The notes below the pieces were generated by a model. The model worked only from the letters and a program-made list of their open reading frames with translations, made no database searches and had not been told where the DNA came from. A stretch of DNA of 60,000 nucleotides from Felis catus (lineage: Eukaryota), in NCBI RefSeq assembly GCF_018350175.1, contig NC_058383.1, positions 8,000,001 through 8,060,000 of the forward strand. The letters are read 5' to 3'. This document shows, piece after piece, positions 12,355 to 23,077 of the stretch. The position numbers were made by a program, and so were the translations under genes. The stretch's first letter is position 1, and the number at the start of each line of letters is the position of its first letter.

Positions 12355-13055
12355 CGCTCAGTACAGAGACTGCTTGGTACACTCTCCCTCTCTCCTCTCT
12401 GCCCCTCCCCCACTCACATATGCTTTCTCTCTCTCTCTCAGAATAAATAAATAAACTTAAAAAAAAAGTAATCGGGGGCAACTGAGCAGCTCAGTCAGTT
12501 GAGCATTTGACTTCGGCTCAGGTCATGGTCTCACAGTTCATGAGTTTGAGCCCCGTGTGGGGCTTTGTGCTGACAGCTCAGAGCCTGGAGCCTGCTTCAG
12601 ATTCTGTGTCTCTCTCTCTCTCTGCCCTTCCCCTGCTTGTGCTCTCTCTCTCTCTCTCTGTCTTTCTAAAATAAATAAATAAAAGCTTAAACAATTTTTT
12701 TAAAGTAATCTGTATGTCTTCATTTTTTTTTTTAAGAGAGAGAGGGGCAGTGGGAGAGAGAATCTCAAGCAGGCTCCATGCCCGAAGTATACATATTACT
12801 TTTGAAGAAATGGATCCAGGGGTGCCTGTATGGTTCAGTCAGTTAAGTGTCTGACTCTTGGTTTTGGCTCAGGTCATGATCTCATGATTCATGGGTTCAA
12901 GCCCCACACTGCTATCACTGTGGAGCCTGCTTGGGATTCTTTCTCTCCCTCTCTCTTTGTCCCTTCCCTGTTTGCACTCTCTCTCTAAAAAAAAAAAAAA
13001 AGAAAGAAAGAAAAAGAGAGAGAGAGAGAGAAAGAAAGAAAAGAAAAGAAAAAAT
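12355..13055 (+). mobile_element. Cluster of Can-SINEs and fragments (about 12355-12468, 12475-12700, antisense piece 12725-12785, 12819-13055)
   Basis: Repeated SINE heads, (CT)n tracts and A tails. Confidence 0.85.
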
Positions 13056-13889
13056 AAAGAACAGAAATGGATCTAAGGAAGAAATGAAATTGTCTTTATT
13101 CATAAATGACATGGCCTTTTATGTAGAAAATCCTAAGAAACTTATAAAAAGAAAAAAAACTATCATAACTAATAAGTGAGTTTAGCAAGGTCATATGATC
13201 CTAGATCAAAATATAAAAGCCAGTAATATTTCCATAAACTAGCAATAAACAATCAAAAATAAGATTTAAAAAAACAATTCCACTCCCAAAAGCATCAGAA
13301 AGAATAAAATACTTAAGAACAAATTTAGCAAGAGAAGTGCAAGACCTGCACAGTGAAAACTGGAAAAGCTACTGAGCAATTTAAAGGACAAATGGAGAGA
13401 TATATACCATGTTCATGGATTAGGAGACTCAAAAGTATTAAGATGGTAATTATTTCCAAATTTATCTATAGACTCAATGGAATCCCTATCAAAATCCCAG
13501 AAAGCTTTTTTTTTTTTTTTTTTTTTTTTTTTAGTAATTGGCAAGCTGATCCTAAAATTTATATGGAAATGCAAAAGACCCAGAATTGCCAAAATAGTTC
13601 TGGAAAAGCAGAACAAAGTTTGGGAACTCACTCTACCTGATTTCATAGCCTCCTATGAAGCTGTGGTAATCAGGATAGCATGGCATTGACATAATGATAA
13701 ACATGTGGAACATGGAATAGAATGGAAAGTCCAGAATATTTATATTTATAGTCAATTGATTTTTGACAAAAGCTCCAAAAAAATTAAAAGGGGAAAGAAT
13801 GGCTTTTCAACAAAGAGTGGTGGAACAGTGAGAAAACCATACAAACAAACAAGGAATGCTTATCTCATAACATATACAAAAATTAATTA

Positions 13890-14003
13890 GGGGCACCTGG
13901 GTGGCTCGGTTAGTTAAGTGTCTGATTCTAGGTTTCAGCTCAGGTCATAATCTCACGGTTCCCTGCATCAGGCTCTGTGCTGATTGTGCAGAGTCTGCTT
14001 GGG

Positions 14004-14053
<50 letters not shown>

Positions 14054-14115
14054 CCTCCCCTGCTTGCTCTCTCTCTCTCTCTCAAAATAAATAAACTTTT
14101 AAAAAATAAAAAATA
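13890..14115 (+). mobile_element. Can-SINE with expanded (CT)n
   Basis: Head at GGGGCACCTGGGTGG; long CT tract ~14006-14050. Confidence 0.92.
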
Positions 14116-14495
14116 ATTAAAAACAGATTAAAGACTGAAATGTAAATGTTTTAGCTATAAAACTTCGAGAAGAAAACATAAGAGAAAATCATGCCAAAGC
14201 ATGACCCATTGGTAAAGTGGACTCATCAAAATTAAATACTTTCTCCTGCAAAAAGTATTGTGAATAGGATGAAAATATAAGCTACTACAGACCGGGCAAA
14301 AATATTTGTAAATCACAAATCTGACTGATGACTTGTGCCTAGAATATATAAAGAACTCTTGAAACTCAACAATAATTTAAAAAATTCACTTAAAAAAATG
14401 GCAAAAGAACAGACATTTCACCACAGAAGATATACAGATCAGCATGAGAAAAGATGGTCAACATCATTAGCCATGAGGGAACTGCAAGCAAAAAC

Positions 14496-14526
<31 letters not shown>

Positions 14527-14527
14527 C
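14496..14527. repeat. (GAT)n microsatellite
   Basis: Direct reading. Confidence 0.9.
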
Positions 14528-14716
14528 TATCACACCTACTAGAAATAAAATAAAGAAATCGGACTATACTAAATGCTGGCGATGATGTGGAGAAACTGAA
14601 TCTTGTGTACTTTCCTGATGGGAAGGTAAAATGGTACAACCACTCTTGTAAAATAGTTTGGCACTTCTTGTAAAATTAAACATACACCTATCATAAAACT
14701 GAGAAATCATACTTCT

Positions 14717-14909
14717 TTTTTTTAATGTTTATTTATTTTTAAGTCGGGGTGGGGGGAGAGGCTGAGAGAGGGACAGAGAGAATCCCAAGCAGGCTCCATG
14801 CTGTCAATACAGAGCCTGACATGGGGCTTGATCTCACAAACCATGAGATTATGACCTAAGCTGAAATCAAGAGTCAGATGCTTAACGGACTGAGCCACCC
14901 AGGTGCCCC
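14717..14909 (-). mobile_element. Can-SINE
   Basis: Antisense; TSD TGAGAAATCATACTTCT. Confidence 0.93.
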
Positions 14910-15699
14910 TGAGAAATCATACTTCTAAGCATTTATCCCAGAAACATGAAAACTTAGATTCACACCAAAACCAGTATAGAAATGGTTTTAGTAGCTGTAT
15001 TTGTAATAACCCAAACTGGAAACCATCTGAATGTCTTCCAACATCAGAATGGATAAACTGTGGAACACCCAAACAATGAACCATTACCCTGCAATAAAAG
15101 GAATGAACTACCAACATGTACATAATAACTTGGGTGGATTGTCCCAATCCAGAGGTTTCATACTTTGTGATTTCATTTATGTAATGTTCTTGAAATGGCA
15201 AAATTACAGAGAAGGGGGACAATAGCTCACCAGCTGCGGGAGTTAGGGATGGGGGGAGTTTCTTTGTGTTGATGGGACAGTTCTGCATGTTGATTCTGCA
15301 CAGAATTATATACAACACACACACGGTGAGAAGTCAATAAGGTCTATAGTTAATAGTATTGTCCCCGATGTCAACTTCCTTATTGTTATATTGTACAATG
15401 CACAATGCAATGAACAATGCAATTGTTATATTGCATTGGTAATTCTTAATGATATACATTTGTCGAAACTCACCGAACCATACACTTAAATGGGTGATTT
15501 TTACTGTGTGTAAATTATACCTCAGAGTGCTAACTTTAAAATATAAAATAATAAGTAGTACAGTCACTGAAAAAAAGAGGAAGGAAGGGAGGGAGGGAGA
15601 GGTGGCACAGGGAGAGGGAGGAAGGGAAGGTGTAGGAGGAAAGGAAAGAAGAAACAATAACTTGGGGCGGGGCGGTAAACAGAAACCACGCAAAGTAAG

Positions 15700-15700
<1 letters not shown>

Positions 15701-15738
<38 letters not shown>
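15701..15738. repeat. (CA)n microsatellite
   Basis: Direct reading. Confidence 0.95.
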
Positions 15739-15741
<3 letters not shown>

Positions 15742-15749
15742 CACCCCAA

Positions 15750-16395
15750 CACATTCCTGTCCTCAGAAAGATAGGAGAAGATACCAGATGGATCTGTGCA
15801 GTAAAAACAGGATACAAAAAAAATTAGGATGTTCACAAATTAAAACAGTGACAGCAGATTTGAAAAACACAATAGTGGTGCGCCTGGGTGGCGCAGTCGG
15901 TTAAGCGTCCGACTTCAGCCAGGTCACGATCTCGCGGTCCGCGAGTTCGAGCCCCGCGTCAGGCTCTGGGCTGATGGCTCAGAGCCTGGAGCCTGTTTCC
16001 GATTCTGTGTCTCCCTCTCTCCCTGCCCCTCCCCCGTTCATGCTCTGTCTCTCTCTGTCCCAAAAATAAATAAACGTTGAAAAAAAAAAAAAAAAAGAAA
16101 AGAAAAACACAATAGTTAGAAGGCTTAGGTTGAAGAAATTTCCCCAAAAGAGAGAGAAATGGAAAATGGGAGAAAAGATACAATTGGAGGACCCATCCGG
16201 GAGATCCAGCATCTGAATGATTTCCAGAGGGGGAAATCTTAGGGGAGAGAATCACCAACAACACAGGAGAATTTCCCAGACCTGAAGGAAAACGTGCCTT
16301 GAGATTTAAAGAGCCCACTAAATGCTCAGCATGAAAAACTCACTGTGAAATTCAGAACACTAGGGACAAAGAGAAGATTCTAAAATCTTCCCAGG
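15750..16395 (+). mobile_element. Old L1 ORF1 fragment (interrupted by a young SINE)
   Basis: GAGAATTTCCCAGACCTGAAGG...GAGATTTAAAGAGCCCAC...GGACAAAGAGAAGATTCTAAAA. Confidence 0.6.
15877..16101 (+). mobile_element. Very young felid Can-SINE
   Basis: CpGs intact (GGCGCAGTCGG, CACGATCTCGCGGTCCGCGAGTTCGAG), long A tail, perfect 15-bp TSD GAAAAACACAATAGT (15862-15876, 16102-16116). Confidence 0.97.
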
Positions 16396-16397
16396 AG

Positions 16398-16556
16398 GAC
16401 TGGCTCCTGAAAGCTCATTGTTAAATTTTAGGAATTTTGCAGCCAGTTGTTAAATTATCGTTAGCATGAAATCAGCCATGATGGGAATATTTACACTATT
16501 ATTTACATCATGGAAACTGGTAAGGGGGGAAAGCTGGCTTATCAGCATATTACTAA
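16398..16556 (+). mobile_element. MER63A-like hAT MITE
   Basis: ATTGTTAAATTTTAGGAATTTTGCAGCCAGTTGTTAAA...CAGCCATGATGGGAATATTTACAC. Confidence 0.7.
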
Positions 16557-16636
16557 ATAGTTAAGTAAATTACGGCATACAACTTATGCAGCCATTAACA
16601 ATCATAGCTATGAAGAACGTGTAGAAACACACAGAA

Positions 16637-16849
16637 TGGCGCCTGCGTAGCTCAGTCAGTTGACCATCTAACTTCAGCTCAGGTCATGATCTCACATTCA
16701 TGTGTTCGAGCCCTGCGTGGGGCTTTGTGCTGACACCTCAGAGCCTGGAGCCTGCTTCAGATTCTGTGTCTCCCTCTCTCTCTGACCCTCCCCCGCTTGT
16801 ACTCTGTCTCTCTCTCTCAAAAATAAATAAACATTAAAAAAAAAAAAAA
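16637..16849 (+). mobile_element. Can-SINE abutting the 5' end of a young L1
   Basis: Head, body and poly-A tail. Confidence 0.93.
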
Positions 16850-18635
16850 GAAACACATAAAATACCTAGGAATAAATCTAACCAAAGATGTAAAAGATCA
16901 ATATGCTGAAAACTATAGAAAGCTTATGAAGGAAATTGAAGAAGATACAAAGAAATGAAAAAATAGTCCATGCTCATGGACTGGAAGAACAAATATTGTT
17001 AAAATGTCAATACTACCCAAAGCAATCTACACATTCAATGCAATCCCAATCAAAATTGCACCAGCATTCTTCTCGAAGCTAGAACAAGCAATCCTAAAAT
17101 TTGTATGGAACCACAAAAGACCCCAAATAGCCAAAGTAATATTGAAGAAGAAAACCAAAGCAGGAGGTATCACGATCCCAGACTTTAGCCTCTACTACAA
17201 AGCTGTAATCATCAAGACAGCATGGTATTGGCACAAAAACACATAGACCAATGGAATAGAATAGAGACTCCAGAATTGGACCCACAAAAGTATGGCCAAC
17301 TAATCTTTGACAAAGCAGGAAAGAATATCCAATGGAAAAAAGACAGTCTCTTTAACAAATAGTGCTGGGAGAACTGGACAGCAACATGCAGAAGGATGAA
17401 TCTAGATCACTTTCTTACACCACTGACAAAAATAAACTCAAAATGGATGAAGGACCAGAATGTGAGACAGGAAACCATTAAAACCCTAGAGGAGAAAGCA
17501 GGAAAAAACGTCTCTGACCTCAGCCTCGGCAATTTCTTACTTGACACATCTCCAAAGGCAAGGGACTTAAAAGCAAAAATGAACTATTGGGACTTCATCA
17601 AGATAAAAAGCTTCTGCGCTGCAAAGGAAACAATCAACAAAACTAAAAGGCAACCAATAGAATGGGAAAAGATATTTGCAAATGACATATTGGACAAAGG
17701 GCTAGTATCCAAAATATATAAAGAACTCACCAAACTCCACACCCGAAAAACAAATAATCCAGTGAAGAAATGGGCAGAAGACATGAATAGACACTTTTCT
17801 AAAGAAGACACCCAGATGGCCAACAGGCGCATGAAAAGATGTTCAACGTCACTGCTCATCAGGGAAATACAAATCAAAACCACACTGAGATACCACCTCA
17901 CACCAGTCAGAGTGGCTAAAATGAACAAATCAGGAGACTACAGATGCTGGAGAGGATGTGGAGAAACGAGAACCCTCTTGCACTGTTGGTGGAAATGCAA
18001 ACTGGTGCAACCGCTCTGGAAAACAGTGTGGAGGTTCCTCAAAAAATTAAAAATAGACCTACCCTATGACCCAGTTGTAGCACTGCTAGGAATTTACCCA
18101 AGGGATACAGGAGTGCTGATGCACAGGGGCACTTGTACCCCAATGTTTATAGCAGCACTTTCAACAATAGCCAAATTATGGAAAGAGCCTAAATGTCCAT
18201 CAATTGATGAATGGATAAAGAAGTTGTGGTTTATATATACAATGGAATACTACTTGGCAATGAGAAAGAATGAAATATGGCCTTTTGTAGCAATGTGGAT
18301 GGAACTGGAGTGTTATGCTAAGTGAAGTAAGTCATACAGAGAAAGACAGATACCATATGTTTTCACTCTTATGTGGATCCTGAGAAACTTAACAGAACAC
18401 CATGGGGGAGGTGAAGGAAAAAAAAAAGTTAAGAGAGGGAGAGAGCCAAACCATAACAGACTCTTAAAAACTGGGAATAAACTGAGGGTTGATGGGGGGT
18501 GGGAGGGAGGGGAAAGTGGGTGATGGGCATTGAGGAGGGCACCTGTTGGGATGAGCACTGGGTGTTGTATGGAAACCAATGTGACAATAAATTTCATATT
18601 AAAAAAATAAATAAAAATTTAAAAAAGTAAAAAAA
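16850..18635 (+). mobile_element. Young carnivore/felid LINE-1, 5'-truncated (ORF2 C-terminal part, 3' UTR, poly-A); disabled
   Basis: ORFs 17004..17246 and 17396..18325 are clear L1 ORF2p (C-terminal [15 protein letters not shown] motif); internal stops; G-rich 3' UTR and A tail. Confidence 0.97.
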
Positions 18636-18827
18636 GAAACACAGAAAACGCTAATACAATATTAAGTTAGGTAAGTAAACAAAAATATAAGCACACTATA
18701 AATACAACTATGTAACATATATTCCTAAAACAGAGACCAAAAGAAATAAACACAGGAAAAGGTTATTTTGTTACAATGATAGGAATGTTTTATTTTGTTA
18801 CAATGATGATAGGAATGTTTTAAACTT

Positions 18828-19250
18828 TATTTTTTAAAAACTTTTCATGTTTATTTATTTTGAGACAAAGCAAAAAGGGGAGGGATTGAGAGAGAAGGGG
18901 AGACAGAGAATCTCAAGCAGGCTCTGTGCTATCAGTACAGAGCCCGATGTGGGGCTCGATCTTACTGTAAGATCATGACCTGAGCCAAAATCAAGAGTTG
19001 GACACTTAATCCACCGAGCCACCCAGGTGCCCCTAAACTTTAAACAATTGGAGTGCCTAGGTGGCTCAGTCGGTTAAGTGTCCAACTACAGCTCAAGTTA
19101 TGATTTCACAGTTGGTGGGTTCAAGCCCTGGATCAGGCTCTGTGCTAACAGCTCAGTTCTGTCTCCCTCTCTCTCTCTGCCCCCTCCCCTACCCACTTGC
19201 ACTCTGTCTCTCCCTCTCTCTCTCTCAAAAATAAACATTAAAAATAAATA
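18828..19250. mobile_element. Head-to-head Can-SINE pair (minus 18828-19033, plus 19050-19250)
   Basis: Two SINE heads in opposite orientation, 16 bp apart. Confidence 0.9.
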
Positions 19251-19794
19251 ATCCTTATTATTTGTATAAATTAAGCTTAAAACCTGTGCTCAGCTCACAC
19301 TCCCCAAATACCTACAGAACAAAGTTCAAACCTGCTTAATGAAAATCCCATAAATGGCTCCCCATTACTTTGAGGCCCGACAGGTAATTTTTAAGTTTGT
19401 TCTGCCTGCCCACCCCCATCTCCTGCTACTTCCCTCCAGCCACCTGTGCTTCAGTCCTATAAGACCAACCACCGTGAGAGGCCTTCCTTGCCTAGGGTTA
19501 TCTTAAGGGACCCCCAGCATCTGGTAAGAATCCACATGCCCCGCCCCCATACGTGTCTTTGTGGTAACCCTTATCACTTGGCTGTAGGTGAGTTATCCCT
19601 TAGCTTAGGAGTCTTCTCGGGGAAAGAAACCATCTTCCTGGACCCCATAGGTATTTTAAGTAATTGTTCGATGTTTGGGAAGACAGGGTAGGACAGCCAC
19701 TGAAGGCCGCCTCCTGCATGAAGCCTTCCTGATTCCCACACCACCTCCACCATTCCGGGAGAAATCAAACTCTCCCTCTCTTGTGTTGGCATAG

Positions 19795-19960
19795 CACTTT
19801 ATGTGACCTTGGGTGACAGAGTTATTCTCTCTTAACTCAGAGTCCTCATCTGTAAAATGGAGCAGTAACAGTACCTATGTCACCAGGTTATAGTGAGCAT
19901 TAAACCAGGTTATGTTTTCGATGCCCCATGCCACGCTCAGGGAAAATACCCAATAAAAGA
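19795..19960 (+). mobile_element. MIR fragment
   Basis: GTGACCTTGGG...TCCTCATCTGTAAAATGG...TAACAGTACCT core. Confidence 0.75.
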
Positions 19961-20199
19961 AGCCACTGTGATGATTATTTTGACATTTGCCTTGCTGTCT
20001 CATATTGCAGCATGTACACTCTCACCTCCCCTGTTAAATCGAAAACTCATCTTGGGCGGGGAATATATCCTGTCTATCTCTGTATCTTCCATAGCGCGTG
20101 GCAGGCTCTCTTGCCGCAGTAGACATTGACCAATCATTCCTGAATGTGCACAAAGAAGCACACACGAAGGCCATACACATGTGCAGGTGTGTGCCTATA

Positions 20200-21500
20200 C
20201 ATTTGTGGACACACATGCATCAGTCTGTCCTTCTGTCCTCACTTGGCTGGACTGTCTGGTCTGCAGCATTCAACAGCACTGATCACCCCCACCTTCTGGA
20301 AGTGAAGCATTCCCTAGCGTGGCTCCTAGGATCTTTCCTCCCTTGGATTTCCACTCTTAGCTCTCTGGTGACTACTTCTCACCTCCTGCACGCCCAGCCC
20401 CTCCCCCACTTGCCCTGAAATGTCTGGTCCCCGTAGTGCCATCACAGCCCTCTTCTTAAAGTAATTTTTTTAATTAAACTTTTTTAACGTTTATTTATTT
20501 TTGAGAGAGAGAGAGAGAGACAGAGCATAAGTGGGGGAGAGGCAGAGAGAGAGGGAGACACAGAATCCAAAGTGGGCTCCAGGCTCTGAGCTGTCAGCAT
20601 AGAGCCCGACGCGGGGCTTGAACTCACAAACCGTGAGATCATGACCTGAGCTGAAGTCGGACACTCAACCGACTGAGCCACCCAGGAGCCCCTCAGCCCT
20701 GCTCTTCTTGCTTTGGACACTGTTGAGTGACTTCACCAAAAGCACAGATACACTGGAAGAGTGTGGAACGGTCACAAGCCTGGATGTCACCAGCCTCACT
20801 CTTCCCTTCTCACCTCCAGACTCGCAAAGCCTGCCCTCCTTCCTTCACCTCCCTCCCCAGGGTGAGTCATCAGTGCTGTGGTGTCAACAATAGCTCCTTG
20901 AAGGATTCTATCCTCCTCCACCCTCCGCTAGGTCCTACGGCCACTGGGTCTGCTCCAACCTCTCCACTTTTTACCTGGACCCTGCAGCCAGAGTGAGCAC
21001 TCCTTGGTTCAGCATCCTGCTGAAAGCCCATCACTGTGGACCAAGGGATGCATACAGGAATAGATACTCAAGAAATCAACTTTCATATCTCAACTGTAGA
21101 ATCTAAGTGGTAGGTATATGAGTATTTGTGGCAATTCCTTCAACTTTTTTGTGCTTCAAATTTTTCATAAGATATTGGGGAAAATATCCTTCAATGGTTT
21201 CTTTTGACTTCTTGGATAAAACTCAGACTCCTTCATGTACACCATAAGGCCCTCTATGATATGGCCTCTGCGTCACTCTATAACATCATCTGCCGCCACA
21301 CACGTCCCTTCCCATAAACCATCCAAATACTTGGTGCTACTGGGGAGAGTTGGGGTATTTCATTCCTCTGTGCCCACCGATTTGCTGTTCCCAATTCCCA
21401 AAATGTTCTTCCCTGCGTTCTTCCTCCCAACCTCCTCTGTGCCCTTCAAACTCATCTCAAGTGATGCCTCCTCCAGGAAGCCTTCGCGGACTCATCTGGT
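20200..21500 (+). mobile_element. L2 remnant (fragmented), with an antisense Can-SINE at 20465-20692
   Basis: CTGTCTGCAGCATTCAACA-like, GATCACCCCCACCTTCT, GGATAAAACTCAGACTCCTT, CCTCCTCCAGGAAGCCTTC phrases. Confidence 0.6.
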
Positions 21501-21649
21501 TCCTCTGCGTCTCCCCTGGCTCGCAAAGGTTTAAGGCGTGCAGGGCCCCACCTAGGACTAGATTGGCAGCTGTGCCGCCTCACTGGAGGCCTGGCCCGAG
21601 GGCTGGGCTCTAGTTACATGGCTCTGAACCGAGGAGGAGCTCTCATTTC

Positions 21650-22110
21650 TCCCCTCAGAGGACGCGTCCTCGGGCAGGTCCTCTGCGTGTGCCGCAAACA
21701 CACTTAGCTGGCTGAGCGGATCCTGATGCTGGATCTCACAGGGCGACCTGGGGAGCCCCGCCGAGCCCCGCGGCCTGCAGCAAGGGCCGCGCCGGCCAAG
21801 GGTGGAGGCCCCCCCCCTCCCGAGGAAGAGGTCCGGCCTGGGGTAGGGAAGAAGGCGGGGCCTGAGGCCGTGCGAGTCGGTGTCCCGGGCTGGGGACGGA
21901 AGTTGCAGAAGTACCATTACTTTCAGTTTTGTTTCTCTTTCAGGCACCCAGCCCCAGCGGCTTCCAGGCCCCGGGCCCCCCACGCCCCGTCCCGGAGCCC
22001 AAGGTCAGCTCAGACCCGGTAAGCAGGGCGGATGACGGAAGAGCTGGAAGGCGTGGGGGGAAGGGAGCGGGAGGAAGAGGAAGGGGGAGGGGAGGGACCC
22101 GGAAGGCGGG
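21650..22110 (+). promoter_or_regulatory. TRIM56: TRIM56 CpG-island promoter with GC box (21854-21860), ETS site CGGAAGT (21897-21903) and ISRE/IRF-like element (21919-21935)
   Basis: Sharp rise in GC and CpG ~1.2 kb upstream of the ATG; motifs read directly; no TATA box seen. Confidence 0.75.
21905..22018 (+). other. TRIM56: TRIM56 putative non-coding exon 1 (start approximate)
   Basis: Strong donor CCG|GTAAGC at 22018/22019 within the CpG island. Confidence 0.6.
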
Positions 22111-22824
22111 AGGAGAGGAGAGGGTGGGAGGGAGCACCCCACCTCGCCCCACTCCGGGGCCAGAGGCCTGAGGCTTACCTGGGAAAGGCCTCCTCCCACT
22201 CTCTGGCCTGTCCTCCCCGACCCCACGCTCCAGAAGTTTGGGGGAACACCCCCCTCCCGCAGTCTCTTCCTGGAGGATTTCGTCCACTGTGCTGGGATCT
22301 GGGGGGGGGGGGGGAGTCACAGACGGGTCCACACAACTCCCCTTCAGAGGCTTCTAGGAAAGCTGAGGCCTCTTTCAGCAGGACGGGTAGAAAGAGAGGC
22401 CTCTAGGAGATGAGGCACAGGTTGCGGTGACCCCAAGGTCTAAGAGCTAGAAGGAGAGCAAGGCCGCCTGCTCCCCACAGCCTTACTTCCACCTGCTCCA
22501 GAACCCTCCCAGGGGTAATTGGGCAGGAAGTGGGGCCCCTTGACCCCTGATGCGGTTCCCAGGGTCTAGAAGACAGGTGTGAGGGGCTACAGGAGTTGGG
22601 GCCCCTTACCCTGCCCCAGTTGCCACAAGTAGAGGTGACTGAGCAGCCGGACCCTCTCCTATGTCCTCTCTGCCTGCACCCCACCCCTGCACCGGTCCCC
22701 AGCAGGGCCTCAGGACTACTCACACAGGGCTAGCGCCACGCTTGCCAACAGGCCTGTCAACCCTGGGGTGCTGATCATCACACAGCTCCCTAAGGCTGGG
22801 CTTCTTGGTCTGGTTCTTTCTCAG

Positions 22825-22966
22825 GGCACTAGGCACAAGGTACAAGGCAGGAAGCATTTACTTTTTTGCATTTGCTGAATGTATGCCCGGAGCGGGGCGG
22901 CTCCCTAGCTCAAGAGCAAGCGGCCACAGGCCCTGGAAGACCAGAAGGACGTTCCTGGCTATTCAG
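22825..22966 (+). other. TRIM56: TRIM56 putative 5' UTR exon 2
   Basis: Acceptor GTTCTTTCTCAG| and donor CAG|GTGAGA; next acceptor CTCTCCCTTGCAG| at 23076, one base before the ATG. Confidence 0.55.
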
Positions 22967-23077
22967 GTGAGACCTCAGCCCTGGTGGGGCTTGGGGATGG
23001 GGGGAGAGGCAGGCTGGCAGGCTGGAGGCAACGTGGAGGTACCCTCTGCCCTCTGACCCCGACCTCTCCCTTGCAGC

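Larger units (their letters stand above)
9170..15560 (+). mobile_element. Large degenerate old L1 (L1MB/MC-like) ORF2 and 3' end, broken by many SINEs and one MITE
   Basis: Collinear ORF2 peptides (AAKAMLRGKRIALNA, WIRRL..IKMVI.SKFIYRLN.IPIKIP, LKFIWKCKRPRIAK, YSQLIFDK, RIYKELLKLNN) and an L1M 3' UTR ending ACTGTGTGTAAATTATACCTCA. Confidence 0.85.

Noticed and set aside
17396..18325. 309-aa ORF as a functional gene
   Set aside because: Fragment of a truncated L1 ORF2 with upstream stops
18763..18820. 27-bp tandem duplication; also a 14-bp duplication at ~27423-27450
   Set aside because: Ordinary local slippage in neutral sequence
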